64,000 bases of DNA from Patescibacteria group bacterium (GTDB lineage Bacteria > Patescibacteriota > Microgenomatia > UBA8517): assembly GCA_041742135.1 (NCBI GenBank), contig JBGSJG010000001.1, positions 3,151 to 67,150 on the forward strand, read 5' to 3'. The notes under the pieces are model-generated. The model saw nothing but the letters and a program-made list of their open reading frames with translations. It did no database searches and was not told the DNA's origin. This document shows, in pieces, positions 46,825 to 56,936 of this stretch. The position numbers and the translations under genes were made by a program. The number at the start of each line of letters is the position of its first letter. Position 1 is the first letter of the stretch.

Positions 46825-47577
46825 TCAGGCAGTTAATACAAAAGGACCGTCCTTAGTGATCGCGACGGTCTCTTCAAAAAGCGCTGATAGTTTACCATCT
46901 TTTGTGCGTATTGTCCAACCGTCAGAATCCGTTTTTACCTCACCACGTCCAAAGGTGTACATTATCTCGATCGCCAGAACCATTCCAATGCCTAAGGGAA
47001 GGTCGTCCCCGGGGTATCCTGCAAAGCAGGGTACCATAGGGTCTTCGTGAAGCTCACGGCCTATACCGTGGCCTACCAGGGCACGTACTGGATTATAACC
47101 ATTGCTAACCAGCCCTGATTCAATTGCTTCAGAAATATCTCCCAAAAATCGTCCTTTTTTGGCCTTCGAAATAGCTCGGTTTAGCGTAGATCTGCCAACT
47201 TCCAAAAACTTCTTTATCTGTGGGTCACCCCCAAGATATACGGTTACAGATGTGTCGGTGTGAAAACCCTTATAAAATACCCCTACATCAACGCTTACTA
47301 CGTCCCCTTTGGCAAAGACTAGTTCCTTTTTGGGTATACCATGAACTATACCATCATTTACATTGACACATGTTGCCCACTTATAGCCTGGAACTTTTGT
47401 AAAGGATGGTTCGGCTCCCAATTCTATGATCGTTTTGACAGCCAAAGCCTCAATATCGGCCGCACTAACTCCGACAGCAACCGCGCGAGCTAGCGTTTTC
47501 TTCACAGTAGCCAATTTAGCTCCCCCCTCGGCCATAATTTTTATTTCATCTGGTGTTTTAAGCTCGAATTTTTTCAT
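46825..47577 (-). CDS. map: methionine aminopeptidase
   Basis: VHGIP, DVG, HTDTS, GHGIG..LHEDP. Confidence 0.95.
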   Translation of the reverse strand: MKKFELKTPDEIKIMAEGGAKLATVKKTLARAVAVGVSAADIEALAVKTIIELGAEPSFTKVPGYKWATCVNVNDGIVHGIPKKELVFAKGDVVSVDVGVFYKGFHTDTSVTVYLGGDPQIKKFLEVGRSTLNRAISKAKKGRFLGDISEAIESGLVSNGYNPVRALVGHGIGRELHEDPMVPCFAGYPGDDLPLGIGMVLAIEIMYTFGRGEVKTDSDGWTIRTKDGKLSALFEETVAITKDGPFVLTA

Positions 47578-48181
47578 TTATTTCCTTTTGTATAACTTCA
47601 ATAGGTTGTTCGCCATTAATTTCAACTAAAACACCGTCTTTTCTAAGAAGTTCGATCAGTGGTTGTGTGGTCTTGTGATAGTGCTCAAGACGCTCGGCGA
47701 TTGCTTCAGGAGTATCATCCTCGCGATGAACCAGCTTAGTTTGATCCACTTCAGGCCCCGGCGGATTGGTCAGCAAGTTATAGATCTCGCCAGTTGCAGG
47801 GTCTTGCCTACGAGCTGACAACCTGGCAATTGAAACTTGGTCAGAAACTTTCAAAAATATTGCGTGGTTTATACTTGCGCCATGAGCCAAAAACCAATCA
47901 TTAATTGCGTGATACTGAATAATCGAACGTGGATAACCGTCTAAAACCATGTTGTCATATCTTTTCTCGGACTCAAAAAAGTTGGTTACCATCGCGAACA
48001 TGTCGGCGTCGGGAACTAGCTCTCCGCGCTTATTTACTATCTCGTCGATCCGAGCGTCTTTTTCGGCAATTTCCCGTAAATGAGCTCCTGAGTCAAAGTA
48101 GTAATAATCGAGCTTCTCGGCCAACAGTTTCGCCTGTGTGCCCTTGCCCGAGCCTTGTGGCCCCATTACGAGGATTATCAT
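47558..48181 (-). CDS. adk: adenylate kinase
   Basis: GPQGSGKGTQA, GELVPD, LDGYPR, REDD. Confidence 0.95.
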   Translation of the reverse strand: MIILVMGPQGSGKGTQAKLLAEKLDYYYFDSGAHLREIAEKDARIDEIVNKRGELVPDADMFAMVTNFFESEKRYDNMVLDGYPRSIIQYHAINDWFLAHGASINHAIFLKVSDQVSIARLSARRQDPATGEIYNLLTNPPGPEVDQTKLVHREDDTPEAIAERLEHYHKTTQPLIELLRKDGVLVEINGEQPIEVIQKEINEKIRA

Positions 48182-49458
48182 CGAAGTAGGCTTTCGTATC
48201 GCTTCATAACAAGTTGAGCTTCGATGTCGCGTGTTATTTCCAAAAGAACCGCCACGACGATTAGTATTCCGGTACCCCCAATAACCAAATCGGGAATGCC
48301 AATAGCAGTAGAAACTAAGGCTGGCAAAACCGCGATAAGGCCCAAAAACACAGCTCCTGCCGCAGTAATTCTGGTTAAAACATAATTTAGGTACTTAATG
48401 GTTTGAGGCCCCGGTCTGGTTCCAGGAATAAATCCTCCATTTTTTTGCAAGTTTTCGGCGATTTTTTCAGGATTAAATACTACTGAAGTGTAAAAATATG
48501 TAAAACCAACAACCAAAAGGAAATAAACTATATTATAAATTGCACTATTGGGCTGAAATGTTTGAGCCAAATTCGTAGCAAACTGCGCAATTTGCGGGTT
48601 TCCCACTCCAGACAAAAACTGCGCTAGCATTGTCGGCATAAGTACTAAAGAAACAGCAAAGATTATCGGGATCACTCCAGCCTGGTTAACTCGAAGCGGA
48701 AGATAGGAGCTTTGACTTCCTGTTGCGCTCACACGCCTTGCATAATGGATCGGAATTTGCCTTGTAGCCTCGTTTACAAAAACTATCAAAGCAATCACGC
48801 CCACTGATACAGCTAGAAAAATTCCAATATACAAAAGGTCCTCGGCACGAACTGTTGTAATTGTGCGAGTTAGAGAAACCGGCAGGCGAGCTATGATTCC
48901 TGCAAAAATTAGGAATGAAACTCCGTTACCCACACCGTATTCGGTAATCATTTCGCCAATCCAAATCGCAAGCATTGTGCCCGCGGTCATTGTGGCTACC
49001 AGTGCCGCAATACCCAAAGGCGGCAAGCCTTGGATAATCCCCTGAGATGTAAGTAGGGCATACATACCGAAGGATTGGAAAAGGGCAAAAGGGATTGTCA
49101 AAATTCTGGTGTATTGATTGATTTTCTCCTGACCAAATTCGCCTTCTTTAGACAACTCTTCAAGCTTGGGGACAACAACCGTCAAAAGCTGCAAGATAAT
49201 AGAGGCGTTAATATAAGGAGTCAATCCCAAGGCCATAATAGAAAAATTTGCCAAGGTTCCACCTGAGAAGACATCCAAAAGGCTAAGCAGTGGACTTCCG
49301 GAGAACAAAGCCTGTAGCGAATTGCGGTCGATTCCAGCGGCTGGAATATGTGCAACAAGCCTAAAAACCACAAGCGCCAAAGCGGTTATTATTATTTTTT
49401 TCCGGATTGGCGGGGACTTAAAACTACGGGTAAAAAAAGTTACTATTGCGCCAAGCAT
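48178..49458 (-). CDS. secY: preprotein translocase SecY
   Basis: SIMALGLTPYINASII, NQAGVIPIIFA, GGFIPGTRPG. Confidence 0.97.
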   Translation of the reverse strand: MLGAIVTFFTRSFKSPPIRKKIIITALALVVFRLVAHIPAAGIDRNSLQALFSGSPLLSLLDVFSGGTLANFSIMALGLTPYINASIILQLLTVVVPKLEELSKEGEFGQEKINQYTRILTIPFALFQSFGMYALLTSQGIIQGLPPLGIAALVATMTAGTMLAIWIGEMITEYGVGNGVSFLIFAGIIARLPVSLTRTITTVRAEDLLYIGIFLAVSVGVIALIVFVNEATRQIPIHYARRVSATGSQSSYLPLRVNQAGVIPIIFAVSLVLMPTMLAQFLSGVGNPQIAQFATNLAQTFQPNSAIYNIVYFLLVVGFTYFYTSVVFNPEKIAENLQKNGGFIPGTRPGPQTIKYLNYVLTRITAAGAVFLGLIAVLPALVSTAIGIPDLVIGGTGILIVVAVLLEITRDIEAQLVMKRYESLLR

Positions 49459-49460
49459 TT

Positions 49461-49892
49461 TTACTTAATACTTCCCCCAGCATCTATAATTTTTTTAGCA
49501 GCTGAGCCAGAAACAGGAAGAGCTACTTCAAGCTTCTTTGTAAGTTTACCATTTCCGAGAATCTTCACGCCATAAGTTTGTGCGTGAGACTCCTTAACGA
49601 TTCCAGCTTTGGCCAATGTTTCAATGGTGACCACAGCTCCATCTTTTAATAAATTTAATACTTCAAGATTAATAATAACTGGCTTAGCTTTTGCGTGGAA
49701 CTTGCCTTTACCTCGCATGAGTGGCAGTCTGTTCAGAAGAGACTTTCTAACTTTCAAGCCTTCAAACAAAATACCAACTGAGCCTCGGGACTTTTGCCCC
49801 TTCTGGCCTCGACTGGAAGTGTGTCCTCCCTTACCGCTTCCATACCCGCGCCCAAGTCTTTTTTTAGATCTGGTTTTTACTTTAAGTATCAT
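49461..49892 (-). CDS. rplO: 50S ribosomal protein L15
   Basis: RLGRGYGSGKG, RGQKGQKSR, VKILGNG. Confidence 0.95.
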   Translation of the reverse strand: MILKVKTRSKKRLGRGYGSGKGGHTSSRGQKGQKSRGSVGILFEGLKVRKSLLNRLPLMRGKGKFHAKAKPVIINLEVLNLLKDGAVVTIETLAKAGIVKESHAQTYGVKILGNGKLTKKLEVALPVSGSAAKKIIDAGGSIK

Positions 49893-50359
49893 TTATTCTC
49901 CTTTTTATTCTTAAGCTTAGTCAAGTTCTCAAGCGCTCCGAGAGTTGCATAAACATTTGAGATTTTATTATTTGTCCCCAAGATTTTACCTACTGCGTCG
50001 CGAATACCGGCCGCTTCCAAAACGACTCGCATAGGTCCTCCTGCAATAATACCGCTTCCAGCCGGTGCTGGCTTAAGTAAAATTTTAGCAGCATTGTATT
50101 TATAATTAATCTCAAAAGGAACTGTTGTACCACGGAGAGGTACTTCTACCATACTTCTGTTAGCTACACCAATCGCTTTTTGGATTGCCCCTCGGACATC
50201 ACGAGCCTTAGCAAGGCCTGCTCCCACATGGCCATTGCGATCTCCAACCACAACTAATGCAGAAAAACGCATCTGATTTCCACCTTTTGTCTTTTTGGAA
50301 ATCCTGTTTATCTGAACAACTGTTTCGTTGCTTGGTTCTTGTGATCTTTGATTATCCAT
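49889..50359 (-). CDS. rpsE: 30S ribosomal protein S5
   Basis: KTKGG, ALVVVGD, PAPAGSGIIAGG. Confidence 0.96.
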   Translation of the reverse strand: MDNQRSQEPSNETVVQINRISKKTKGGNQMRFSALVVVGDRNGHVGAGLAKARDVRGAIQKAIGVANRSMVEVPLRGTTVPFEINYKYNAAKILLKPAPAGSGIIAGGPMRVVLEAAGIRDAVGKILGTNNKISNVYATLGALENLTKLKNKKENK

Positions 50360-50667
50360 TAAAATTCTAAGCCTCCCGTTCTTGCAGCTTCTGCCAAGAG
50401 CTTAACGTTACCTTGATATCTGTACCCACCACGATCAAAAACCACTCTTTTGATTTTTGCTTTAACAGCTTTTTTAGCAAGCTCTTCGCCGACCTTGGTT
50501 CCATTTGCTCCGTGAGCCTCAACCAAAGTTGCCGCCTTATCATCGTTGATTGCCTGAGCATATATGGCTGTGTTGGATCTGTAAACCGCAAGCCTTGGGC
50601 GGGCGGCTGTCCCCCACACTTTTGATCTGATTCTTTTTTTCCTGGCGAGTCTTTTTGTGCTTAACAT
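50359..50667 (-). CDS. rplR: 50S ribosomal protein L18
   Basis: [24 protein letters not shown]. Confidence 0.96.
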   Translation of the reverse strand: MLSTKRLARKKRIRSKVWGTAARPRLAVYRSNTAIYAQAINDDKAATLVEAHGANGTKVGEELAKKAVKAKIKRVVFDRGGYRYQGNVKLLAEAARTGGLEF

Positions 50668-50670
50668 ATT

Positions 50671-51213
50671 TTATTCAGTCTTTCCTGCCTGCTTACCTAC
50701 TTTTCGTCTAATAACTTCATCTTGGTATTTTATTCCCGAGCCTGTGTAGGGATTGGGTCTTCGAGTGTCTCGAATAAGGGCGGAAATATGACCAACAACT
50801 TCTTTATCCACACCTTCAACCGTTAAAACATTTTTTTCCATTGTAAACTTGATATTCTCTGGTGCGGCAAAAGTAATCGGGTGGGAATGCCCGACCATTA
50901 AAGACAGGTCGCTTCCTCGAACTTCACCCCTATATCCAGGACCGTTTATTTCCAAAACTTTCTTCCAGCCTTCGGAGACACCTTTGACCATATTGGCAAT
51001 ATGGGCGCGAGTTGAGCCTTGCGCCGCCAGTGCGGCTTTAGAATTGCCCTTTTTGGAAACCTCAATATTATTTTCAACCATGGCAATACCCACAAACCTT
51101 GGAAAAACTCGACTGAGATTCCCTTTGGGTCCGCTAACAGCAAAGCTTGTGCCATTAAGCTCAACTTTGACACTTTCAGGAACTGAAACTGGTAAATTTC
51201 CTAATCTTCCCAT
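50671..51213 (-). CDS. rplF: 50S ribosomal protein L6
   Basis: MGRLG, GPKGNL, PNPYTGSGIKY. Confidence 0.95.
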   Translation of the reverse strand: MGRLGNLPVSVPESVKVELNGTSFAVSGPKGNLSRVFPRFVGIAMVENNIEVSKKGNSKAALAAQGSTRAHIANMVKGVSEGWKKVLEINGPGYRGEVRGSDLSLMVGHSHPITFAAPENIKFTMEKNVLTVEGVDKEVVGHISALIRDTRRPNPYTGSGIKYQDEVIRRKVGKQAGKTE

Positions 51214-51217
51214 ATTT

Positions 51218-51601
51218 TTACCAAACCTCCGCAATAACTTCTCCTCCAAGACTCTTTTTAGCCGCTTCTTGCCCAGTCATTACTCCGCTAGAAGTAGACA
51301 AAATAAGCTCGGTTGCATTTCTTCTTTTTCTTTTCTTCATGTCATCTTGCGAAACATAGCGCCTTAAGCCCGGTTTTGAAACCAGCTTAAGATCTATAAG
51401 CATTGGTTCCTTTTTGTGATAAGTTAGTGTCGAAATTAGTTTTCCGTCGACGACTTCAGAGGAATCAAGTACCTGCATTTTTTTAAGTACCTCTGAGACT
51501 TTGACTAAAAATTTGGTGCTTTCCACTTCGACGGTTTTCCTTCGTGCGCGAGCCGCATTTTTAATCTGAATTAAATAATCTCCAACTCTATAGTTTGTCA
51601 T
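51218..51601 (-). CDS. rpsH: 30S ribosomal protein S8
   Basis: VSKPGLRRY, STSSGVM, GGEVIAEVW. Confidence 0.96.
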   Translation of the reverse strand: MTNYRVGDYLIQIKNAARARRKTVEVESTKFLVKVSEVLKKMQVLDSSEVVDGKLISTLTYHKKEPMLIDLKLVSKPGLRRYVSQDDMKKRKRRNATELILSTSSGVMTGQEAAKKSLGGEVIAEVW

Positions 51602-51605
51602 AATA

Positions 51606-51791
51606 TTACCAACTTGCCTTTCTTACTCCCGGAATTTCGCCTTTTAAGGCATGTTCTCGGAAGCATGCTCGGCAAAGGCCAAATCGCCTCATGTAGCCGC
51701 GGGGACGGCCGCACAATCGGCATCGATTACGATACCTAGTCTCGTATTTTAATTTCTTTGTTTCGCGAACTACCTTAGATGTTTTAGCCAT
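51606..51791 (-). CDS. rpsN: 30S ribosomal protein S14 type Z
   Basis: [27 protein letters not shown]. Confidence 0.97.
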   Translation of the reverse strand: MAKTSKVVRETKKLKYETRYRNRCRLCGRPRGYMRRFGLCRACFREHALKGEIPGVRKASW

Positions 51792-51792
51792 A

Positions 51793-52338
51793 TTATTCCT
51801 TTACAAAAGGCATTCCCAATGTCCCCAGTAAAATCTTGGACTTTTCAGGACTAGAATTTGAAAGCACAATCGTGATTTCCATGCCTTGTGACTTGTCCAC
51901 TTTTGCCAAATCAATTTCTGGAAAAACAGTATGTTCTACCAAACCCAAAGTATAGTTTCCTGCCGAATCAAACCTCGCTGGTACTCCTCGGAAATCGCGG
52001 AGTCGAGGCAACACTACTGACATCAATTTGTCCAGAAAGTGGTACATTCTATCACGTCGCAAGGTTACAGTAAGCCCCACAGGCATGCCTTCGCGCAAAT
52101 TAAACCCAGAGATCGACATACGCGCAGGTTGAACTTTAGGCTTTTGACCGGTTATCGCAGCCAAATCCGCCATAAGCTTCTCTTTAGTATCTTTATTGCG
52201 AAGCTTCTCACCAGTACCCATATTCACCACGACTTTAGTGATTTTGGGCAATGCCATTACGTTTTTAACTTCCAAATCCTTCATAAGCTGGTCTGAAAGA
52301 CTTTTGTATTTTTCTTTTAATGCTATGTGTTTATTCAT
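51793..52338 (-). CDS. rplE: 50S ribosomal protein L5
   Basis: [22 protein letters not shown]. Confidence 0.96.
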   Translation of the reverse strand: MNKHIALKEKYKSLSDQLMKDLEVKNVMALPKITKVVVNMGTGEKLRNKDTKEKLMADLAAITGQKPKVQPARMSISGFNLREGMPVGLTVTLRRDRMYHFLDKLMSVVLPRLRDFRGVPARFDSAGNYTLGLVEHTVFPEIDLAKVDKSQGMEITIVLSNSSPEKSKILLGTLGMPFVKE

Positions 52339-52340
52339 AA

Positions 52341-52658
52341 TTATTTTATTTTATCGAGCATTACGCCACTTTTTTTACTTATTCTTACTTTTTTATCTCC
52401 CTCGAGCCTGAACCCAACTCTGGTTGGTTTACCTGTTTTTGGGTCCAAAACGGAAAGTCTGGACAAATCAATCGGGCGGGGAATATCAAAAATTCCACCT
52501 TTATTATCTTTTGTTAAGCTTTTTTTGACGTGTTTTTTGTAAACATTTACGCCTTGAATTAGGGCCTTACCGGACACGATAGACTCTATAGACCCTTCAC
52601 GTCCGCGGTCTTTGCCTGATCGCACTCTTACTTTGTCACCAACTTTAAATTTATTCAT
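52341..52658 (-). CDS. rplX: 50S ribosomal protein L24
   Basis: KVGDKV..SGKDRG KOW motif, KPTRVG. Confidence 0.95.
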   Translation of the reverse strand: MNKFKVGDKVRVRSGKDRGREGSIESIVSGKALIQGVNVYKKHVKKSLTKDNKGGIFDIPRPIDLSRLSVLDPKTGKPTRVGFRLEGDKKVRISKKSGVMLDKIK

Positions 52659-52659
52659 A

Positions 52660-53025
52660 TTAGATTACCTCTCGTGCAAGTGATGCAATTTTAGTGTATC
52701 CCGCTTCACGCACTTCTCGCGCAATCGGCCCCATTACACGGGTTCCTCGTGGCAAACCCTGCTTATCGATAACCACGGCCGCATTGTCGTCAAAGCGAAC
52801 ATAAGTTCCATCTTTTCGGCCTACTTCTTTTCTAGTTCGGACTACAACTGCTGTAACCAGCTCTTTGTTGGCAACAGCCCCGTTTGGATCAGCACCATGA
52901 ACTGAGCAGCGGACCACTTGGCCAACTGTCGCTTTTTTGCCAATTTTATGGGAAATACCAACAACCATTAAGGCTTTAGCCCCTGAGTTGTCAGCCGGAT
53001 TAAGAACACTTCTAAGCTGTATCAT
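52660..53025 (-). CDS. rplN: 50S ribosomal protein L14
   Basis: ADNSGAK, RFDDNAAV, GTRVMGPIARE. Confidence 0.97.
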   Translation of the reverse strand: MIQLRSVLNPADNSGAKALMVVGISHKIGKKATVGQVVRCSVHGADPNGAVANKELVTAVVVRTRKEVGRKDGTYVRFDDNAAVVIDKQGLPRGTRVMGPIAREVREAGYTKIASLAREVI

Positions 53026-53309
53026 TATTTTTTAGCTCCTTTTTTGGCAGTTGCCGATTCTTTCTTAGCTGGCTTTTTGACGGCCTTCACAGATTCATAA
53101 ATTTTCCATTTTTTAAGCTTACTAATAGGCTTGCAAGCGATAAAATGAACCGTCTGGCCAACTTTTACACCCACTTCATCGTGGACTTGATATTTCTTGG
53201 TTCGCTTAACACGCTTACCATAAACCGGATGCTGCATTTCGCGCAGCACCTCAACGGTTGCAGTTTTGGCCATTTTCATCGAAACTACTTTACCTGTAAA
53301 AATTTTCAT
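53025..53309 (-). CDS. rpsQ: 30S ribosomal protein S17
   Basis: GKVVS.KM.KT, HPVYGK, KPISKLKKW. Confidence 0.95.
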   Translation of the reverse strand: MKIFTGKVVSMKMAKTATVEVLREMQHPVYGKRVKRTKKYQVHDEVGVKVGQTVHFIACKPISKLKKWKIYESVKAVKKPAKKESATAKKGAKK

Positions 53310-53310
53310 A

Positions 53311-53520
53311 TTATTTTTTCTCTTCCTTCCTCGGTTCTGCTATTATACTCAAAATTTGGGCAATATCACGGCGTAAATTCTTAAAAACCTTAACGTTCTT
53401 TTCTTTACCAGAAACTTCCGCCACCAAAAGCTCTGTTTGCTTGGTGCGAAGGCTTGAAAGCTGGCTTTCTAGCTCTTCTTTTGTCTTGTTGTGTAATTCC
53501 TTCAGTTCTTTTGTTTTCAT
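53311..53520 (-). CDS. rpmC: 50S ribosomal protein L29
   Basis: MKTKEL, RRDIAQILS; synteny. Confidence 0.9.
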   Translation of the reverse strand: MKTKELKELHNKTKEELESQLSSLRTKQTELLVAEVSGKEKNVKVFKNLRRDIAQILSIIAEPRKEEKK

Positions 53521-53521
53521 A

Positions 53522-53929
53522 TTAAGCTTTATAAATAAGTTTTGTCTTAAATGGAATCTTGTCGCTGGCTTTTCTCAAAGCTTCCTCGGCAACTGTTTTT
53601 TCAACTCCTGCAATCTCATACAAAATCCTTCCCGGTCGCACGACTGCAGAGTGATGATCAACCTCTCCTTTACCGCTTCCCATACGCTGACCAGCGGCGC
53701 GAAGAGTTATTGGTTTGTCAGGAAAAACGCGAATCCAGATTCTACCTTTTCTTTTGAGTGAATTGGTAATGGCACGTCGCCCTGCCTCGATTTGATTTGC
53801 GCTCATCCATCCACAACCTAAAGACTTAAGGCCAAACTCTCCAAAAGAAAGGCTGTTTCCTCGAAGAGCCATTCCTCGCCTCTTGCCGCGGAACTGTTTT
53901 CTAAATTTCTCTCGTCTTGGTGCTATCAT
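53522..53929 (-). CDS. rplP: 50S ribosomal protein L16
   Basis: KFRKQFRG, QIEAGR, WIRVFPDKP, RMGSGKG. Confidence 0.97.
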   Translation of the reverse strand: MIAPRREKFRKQFRGKRRGMALRGNSLSFGEFGLKSLGCGWMSANQIEAGRRAITNSLKRKGRIWIRVFPDKPITLRAAGQRMGSGKGEVDHHSAVVRPGRILYEIAGVEKTVAEEALRKASDKIPFKTKLIYKA

Positions 53930-53931
53930 AT

Positions 53932-54585
53932 TTATTCTTCTTTCGGTTTATTTATCCAGACTTTCACTCCGACATAGCCTCTTTTCAAAAGAGCTGGAAC
54001 CTGTGCATAGTCAATATTTCCTCTAAGCGTTTGAGTAGGAACTGCACCAACATGGTACTTCTCGGTTCTAGCAATATCAGTTCCCCCGATTCTACCGGAT
54101 AGGACCACTTTTGCGCCTTTAGCTCCCGAGGCCATAATTCGCTCAAGATTTTTGGCAATTACACGTCTATGTGGGAGTCTTCGCTCAAGCTCCCCGACAA
54201 TTCGAACTGCTACTAATTGAGCTGAAATTTCCGGATTTTTAATTTCGCGCACTTGTAAATCAATCTTCTGATCTTTGGGCAAACTGCCACGAACTTCTTT
54301 AATTATCCCAACAACTTGTCTTTTAAGCTCCTCAATACCTGAGCCTCCACGGCCAATAACAACCCCCGGCCTTGAAACTATTGCTGTGATTACCAAGCTC
54401 TTGGTCAAGCGAGCAATTTCGATTTTGTCGACTCCAGCCACTTTTAAGCGCTCCATCAAAAACCTTCTAATTTTGATGTCTTCCAAAAGAAGGTCTTTAA
54501 AATTCTTTTTGTCCTCAAACCACATTGACTTCCAAGGTATCAAGTGCCCCGTCCTAAAACCTACTGGATTAACTTTTTGGCTCAT
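53932..54585 (-). CDS. rpsC: 30S ribosomal protein S3
   Basis: QKVNPVGFR, RPGVVIGRGG, SGRIGG..IARTE, GVKVWI. Confidence 0.97.
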   Translation of the reverse strand: MSQKVNPVGFRTGHLIPWKSMWFEDKKNFKDLLLEDIKIRRFLMERLKVAGVDKIEIARLTKSLVITAIVSRPGVVIGRGGSGIEELKRQVVGIIKEVRGSLPKDQKIDLQVREIKNPEISAQLVAVRIVGELERRLPHRRVIAKNLERIMASGAKGAKVVLSGRIGGTDIARTEKYHVGAVPTQTLRGNIDYAQVPALLKRGYVGVKVWINKPKEE

Positions 54586-54973
54586 TTTTTCTCACTTTCT
54601 TTTTTGAAACGGCCTTTGTTTTTGGCTCTTTAACTGGCTCCTTAGCGATAGTCTCAACAATGACTTTGATATTGCTCATCTTGTGAACATAACTATGAGC
54701 CTGTCCTCTCGAAACCGGTCTAAATCTTTTTAGTCTTGTCCCTTCTTCGATTTCAATTGTTTTAACAAACAAGTCAGCTGGATTAGCGCCTTTCACAGTT
54801 GCATTAGCTACGGCGGTTTTAATTACCTTTGAAATTGGTAAAGAGGCGGCCCTATTCACAAAAGGCAAGGCGGCCAACACCTCATCAGCTTTTTTGCCAC
54901 GAACCAAATCCGCAACAAGTCTTAACTTGATCGGACTCATTCTGATAAATTTTTGTGTCGATATTGCGTCCAT
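54569..54973 (-). CDS. rplV: 50S ribosomal protein L22
   Basis: RMSPIKLRLVADLVRG, LKRFRPVSRG. Confidence 0.96.
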   Translation of the reverse strand: MDAISTQKFIRMSPIKLRLVADLVRGKKADEVLAALPFVNRAASLPISKVIKTAVANATVKGANPADLFVKTIEIEEGTRLKRFRPVSRGQAHSYVHKMSNIKVIVETIAKEPVKEPKTKAVSKKKVRKNEPKS

Positions 54974-54975
54974 GT

Positions 54976-55257
54976 TTATGTCTTTTCAATAATTCTCTTA
55001 ACAACTTGTCCGTGACCTCTAAACATTCGAGTTGGCGAAAATTCACCAAGCTTGTGGCCTACCATGTCTTCGGTAACGAATACCTCGGTAAATGCTCGAC
55101 CGTTATGAACCATAAAATATTTACCCACAAATTCGGGTGAAATCTCAGATGCACGCGACCAGGTCTTGATTGGGTTTGCCTTGTCTCCCATTCCCTTTTC
55201 AACTTTTGCAACAAGTCTCGGGTCAACGCTTGGTCCTTTTTTTATACTTCTGCTCAT
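54976..55257 (-). CDS. rpsS: 30S ribosomal protein S19
   Basis: [27 protein letters not shown]. Confidence 0.97.
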   Translation of the reverse strand: MSRSIKKGPSVDPRLVAKVEKGMGDKANPIKTWSRASEISPEFVGKYFMVHNGRAFTEVFVTEDMVGHKLGEFSPTRMFRGHGQVVKRIIEKT

Positions 55258-55262
55258 ATTAT

Positions 55263-56018
55263 TTAAATATTTTTCTGATGCGGTCCAGCTTTTCTGCGAT
55301 TAACAATTAAACCATTTGAATACTTGTATTTTTTACGAGTTCTTCCCACTGCTGGAGTTCCGGTGTATCTTTTCGGATACTTAAGCCCTACTCCACTTCG
55401 GCCTTCTCCCCCTCCATGAGGATGAGAGCCTGGGTGCTGGGCAACTCCACGAACAGTTGGCCTAATTCCCCGCCTACGATTGACCCCCGCGTTTTTAACG
55501 CGCTCGAGCCTGTAGCCGATATTGCCAACGGTACCGATTGTAGCATAAGCGTCAGGTAAAAAGCGCCTAAGCTCACCAGATGGCAACTTGACCAACACAT
55601 AACTAGCTTCAACTCCTTGAACGACCGCTGCCGAGCCTGCGCCGCGCACCATCTGGCCACCTTTTCCGGGCCTAATCTCGATGTTGTGAATCGGGCTTCC
55701 AGCTGGGATCTTTCCCAAAGGCAATGCGTTACCCGGCTCAATGGCCGCAAATTCTGATGCCATGACGCTTGCGCCAACCTTAAGGCCGTCAGGGGCGATA
55801 ATGTATCTTTTTTGACCATCAGGATAAAGAATCAACGCAACTCCTGCATTTCTATTTGGATCATACTCCAAAGCGATAACTTTACCCATGACATCACGCT
55901 TGTCACGCTTGTAATCAATTTCGCGTAAGAAGCGCTTTTGGCGGCCACCTTGATGTCGCACAGTTACACGCCCGCCCGAGCGTCCTGATTTTTTAGGTAG
56001 TATGGTTTTAAGTCTCAT
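55263..56018 (-). CDS. rplB: 50S ribosomal protein L2, N-terminally shortened
   Basis: [29 protein letters not shown]. Confidence 0.96.
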   Translation of the reverse strand: MRLKTILPKKSGRSGGRVTVRHQGGRQKRFLREIDYKRDKRDVMGKVIALEYDPNRNAGVALILYPDGQKRYIIAPDGLKVGASVMASEFAAIEPGNALPLGKIPAGSPIHNIEIRPGKGGQMVRGAGSAAVVQGVEASYVLVKLPSGELRRFLPDAYATIGTVGNIGYRLERVKNAGVNRRRGIRPTVRGVAQHPGSHPHGGGEGRSGVGLKYPKRYTGTPAVGRTRKKYKYSNGLIVNRRKAGPHQKNI

Positions 56019-56019
56019 T

Positions 56020-56298
56020 TTATTTTTTCTGAGCTTCAAAGATATTTATAGATTCTTTAGCTTTAAGTGTAACCACTGCCTTCTTTCTGGCGGGAACCGT
56101 AACTTTTTTTCTGGCAAGCGATAAAAACTTTCTCCCTGCTCGTTTTTGAGTACTTACAGAAACTGTGTGAACTTTAAAAGTTTTATTGACTAGCTCTTTT
56201 ATTTGAAACTTATTAAAACTTACAGGAACCCAAAATGAATACTTACCGTTTTTAGCGGCATTCATGGATTTTTCGGTAAGAATTGGTGTTAATATCAT
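56020..56298 (-). CDS. rplW: 50S ribosomal protein L23
   Basis: PILTEKS, KKAVVTL. Confidence 0.95.
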   Translation of the reverse strand: MILTPILTEKSMNAAKNGKYSFWVPVSFNKFQIKELVNKTFKVHTVSVSTQKRAGRKFLSLARKKVTVPARKKAVVTLKAKESINIFEAQKK

Positions 56299-56936
56299 TT
56301 TGTTTTCGCAGGTGTTGCTTTGGCTGGCTTAGCTTTTTCAAAATTATCGACGTCAAGGACAAGTGTCCCTCCGAAATAAACTTTATAGGCATTAAGGTCG
56401 CTAAATCGCTCAAAACTAACTTCCTCGATGTTTTTCAAAAACGTATGAACCGGATGATTTTTGTCTGAAACTGCAAAGGTAGCTCTTTTGGCTTTGTTGT
56501 CAGTTAGAATTTTATTTACCAAATCCTGAGCTTCTTTGGTTTTTTTAATTGCCGACAGATCACTCACTGCTACAACTTGGCTTTCGTGAGCCTTGGCAAT
56601 AAAGCTACTTTCCAGGGCCTTTATCTTCATCTTCTTTGGAAGATCCAAAATTCGCTTGTTACCCTTTGGTCCATGAGTCACACCTCCACCAACAAATATC
56701 GGAGCTGACTGGGCACCGTGTCTGGCATGCCCTGTTCCTTTTTGTTTAAACCACTTGGCTTTAGTTAAAGTAACTTCGGCTCGAGTTTTTACCTTGGAGT
56801 TCCCTGCATGCGAGCGGTCGCGGTAAACATGGATCGCTTGTGCCAACAGATCGGTATTAACTTTACCTTCAAAAACTTTGGGCAACGCAAAGCTTCCCGG
56901 GTTTTTGGTTTTGGTTGAATATAAATTAACTTTCAT
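56295..56936 (-). CDS. rplD: 50S ribosomal protein L4
   Basis: KTRAEV, QKGTGHARHG, GGGVTHGPK. Confidence 0.96.
   Translation of the reverse strand: MKVNLYSTKTKNPGSFALPKVFEGKVNTDLLAQAIHVYRDRSHAGNSKVKTRAEVTLTKAKWFKQKGTGHARHGAQSAPIFVGGGVTHGPKGNKRILDLPKKMKIKALESSFIAKAHESQVVAVSDLSAIKKTKEAQDLVNKILTDNKAKRATFAVSDKNHPVHTFLKNIEEVSFERFSDLNAYKVYFGGTLVLDVDNFEKAKPAKATPAKTK

Noticed and set aside
49889-49892. absence of rpmD (uL30) between rpsE and rplO
   Set aside because: Real, but a well-known CPR trait; used only as taxonomic evidence.
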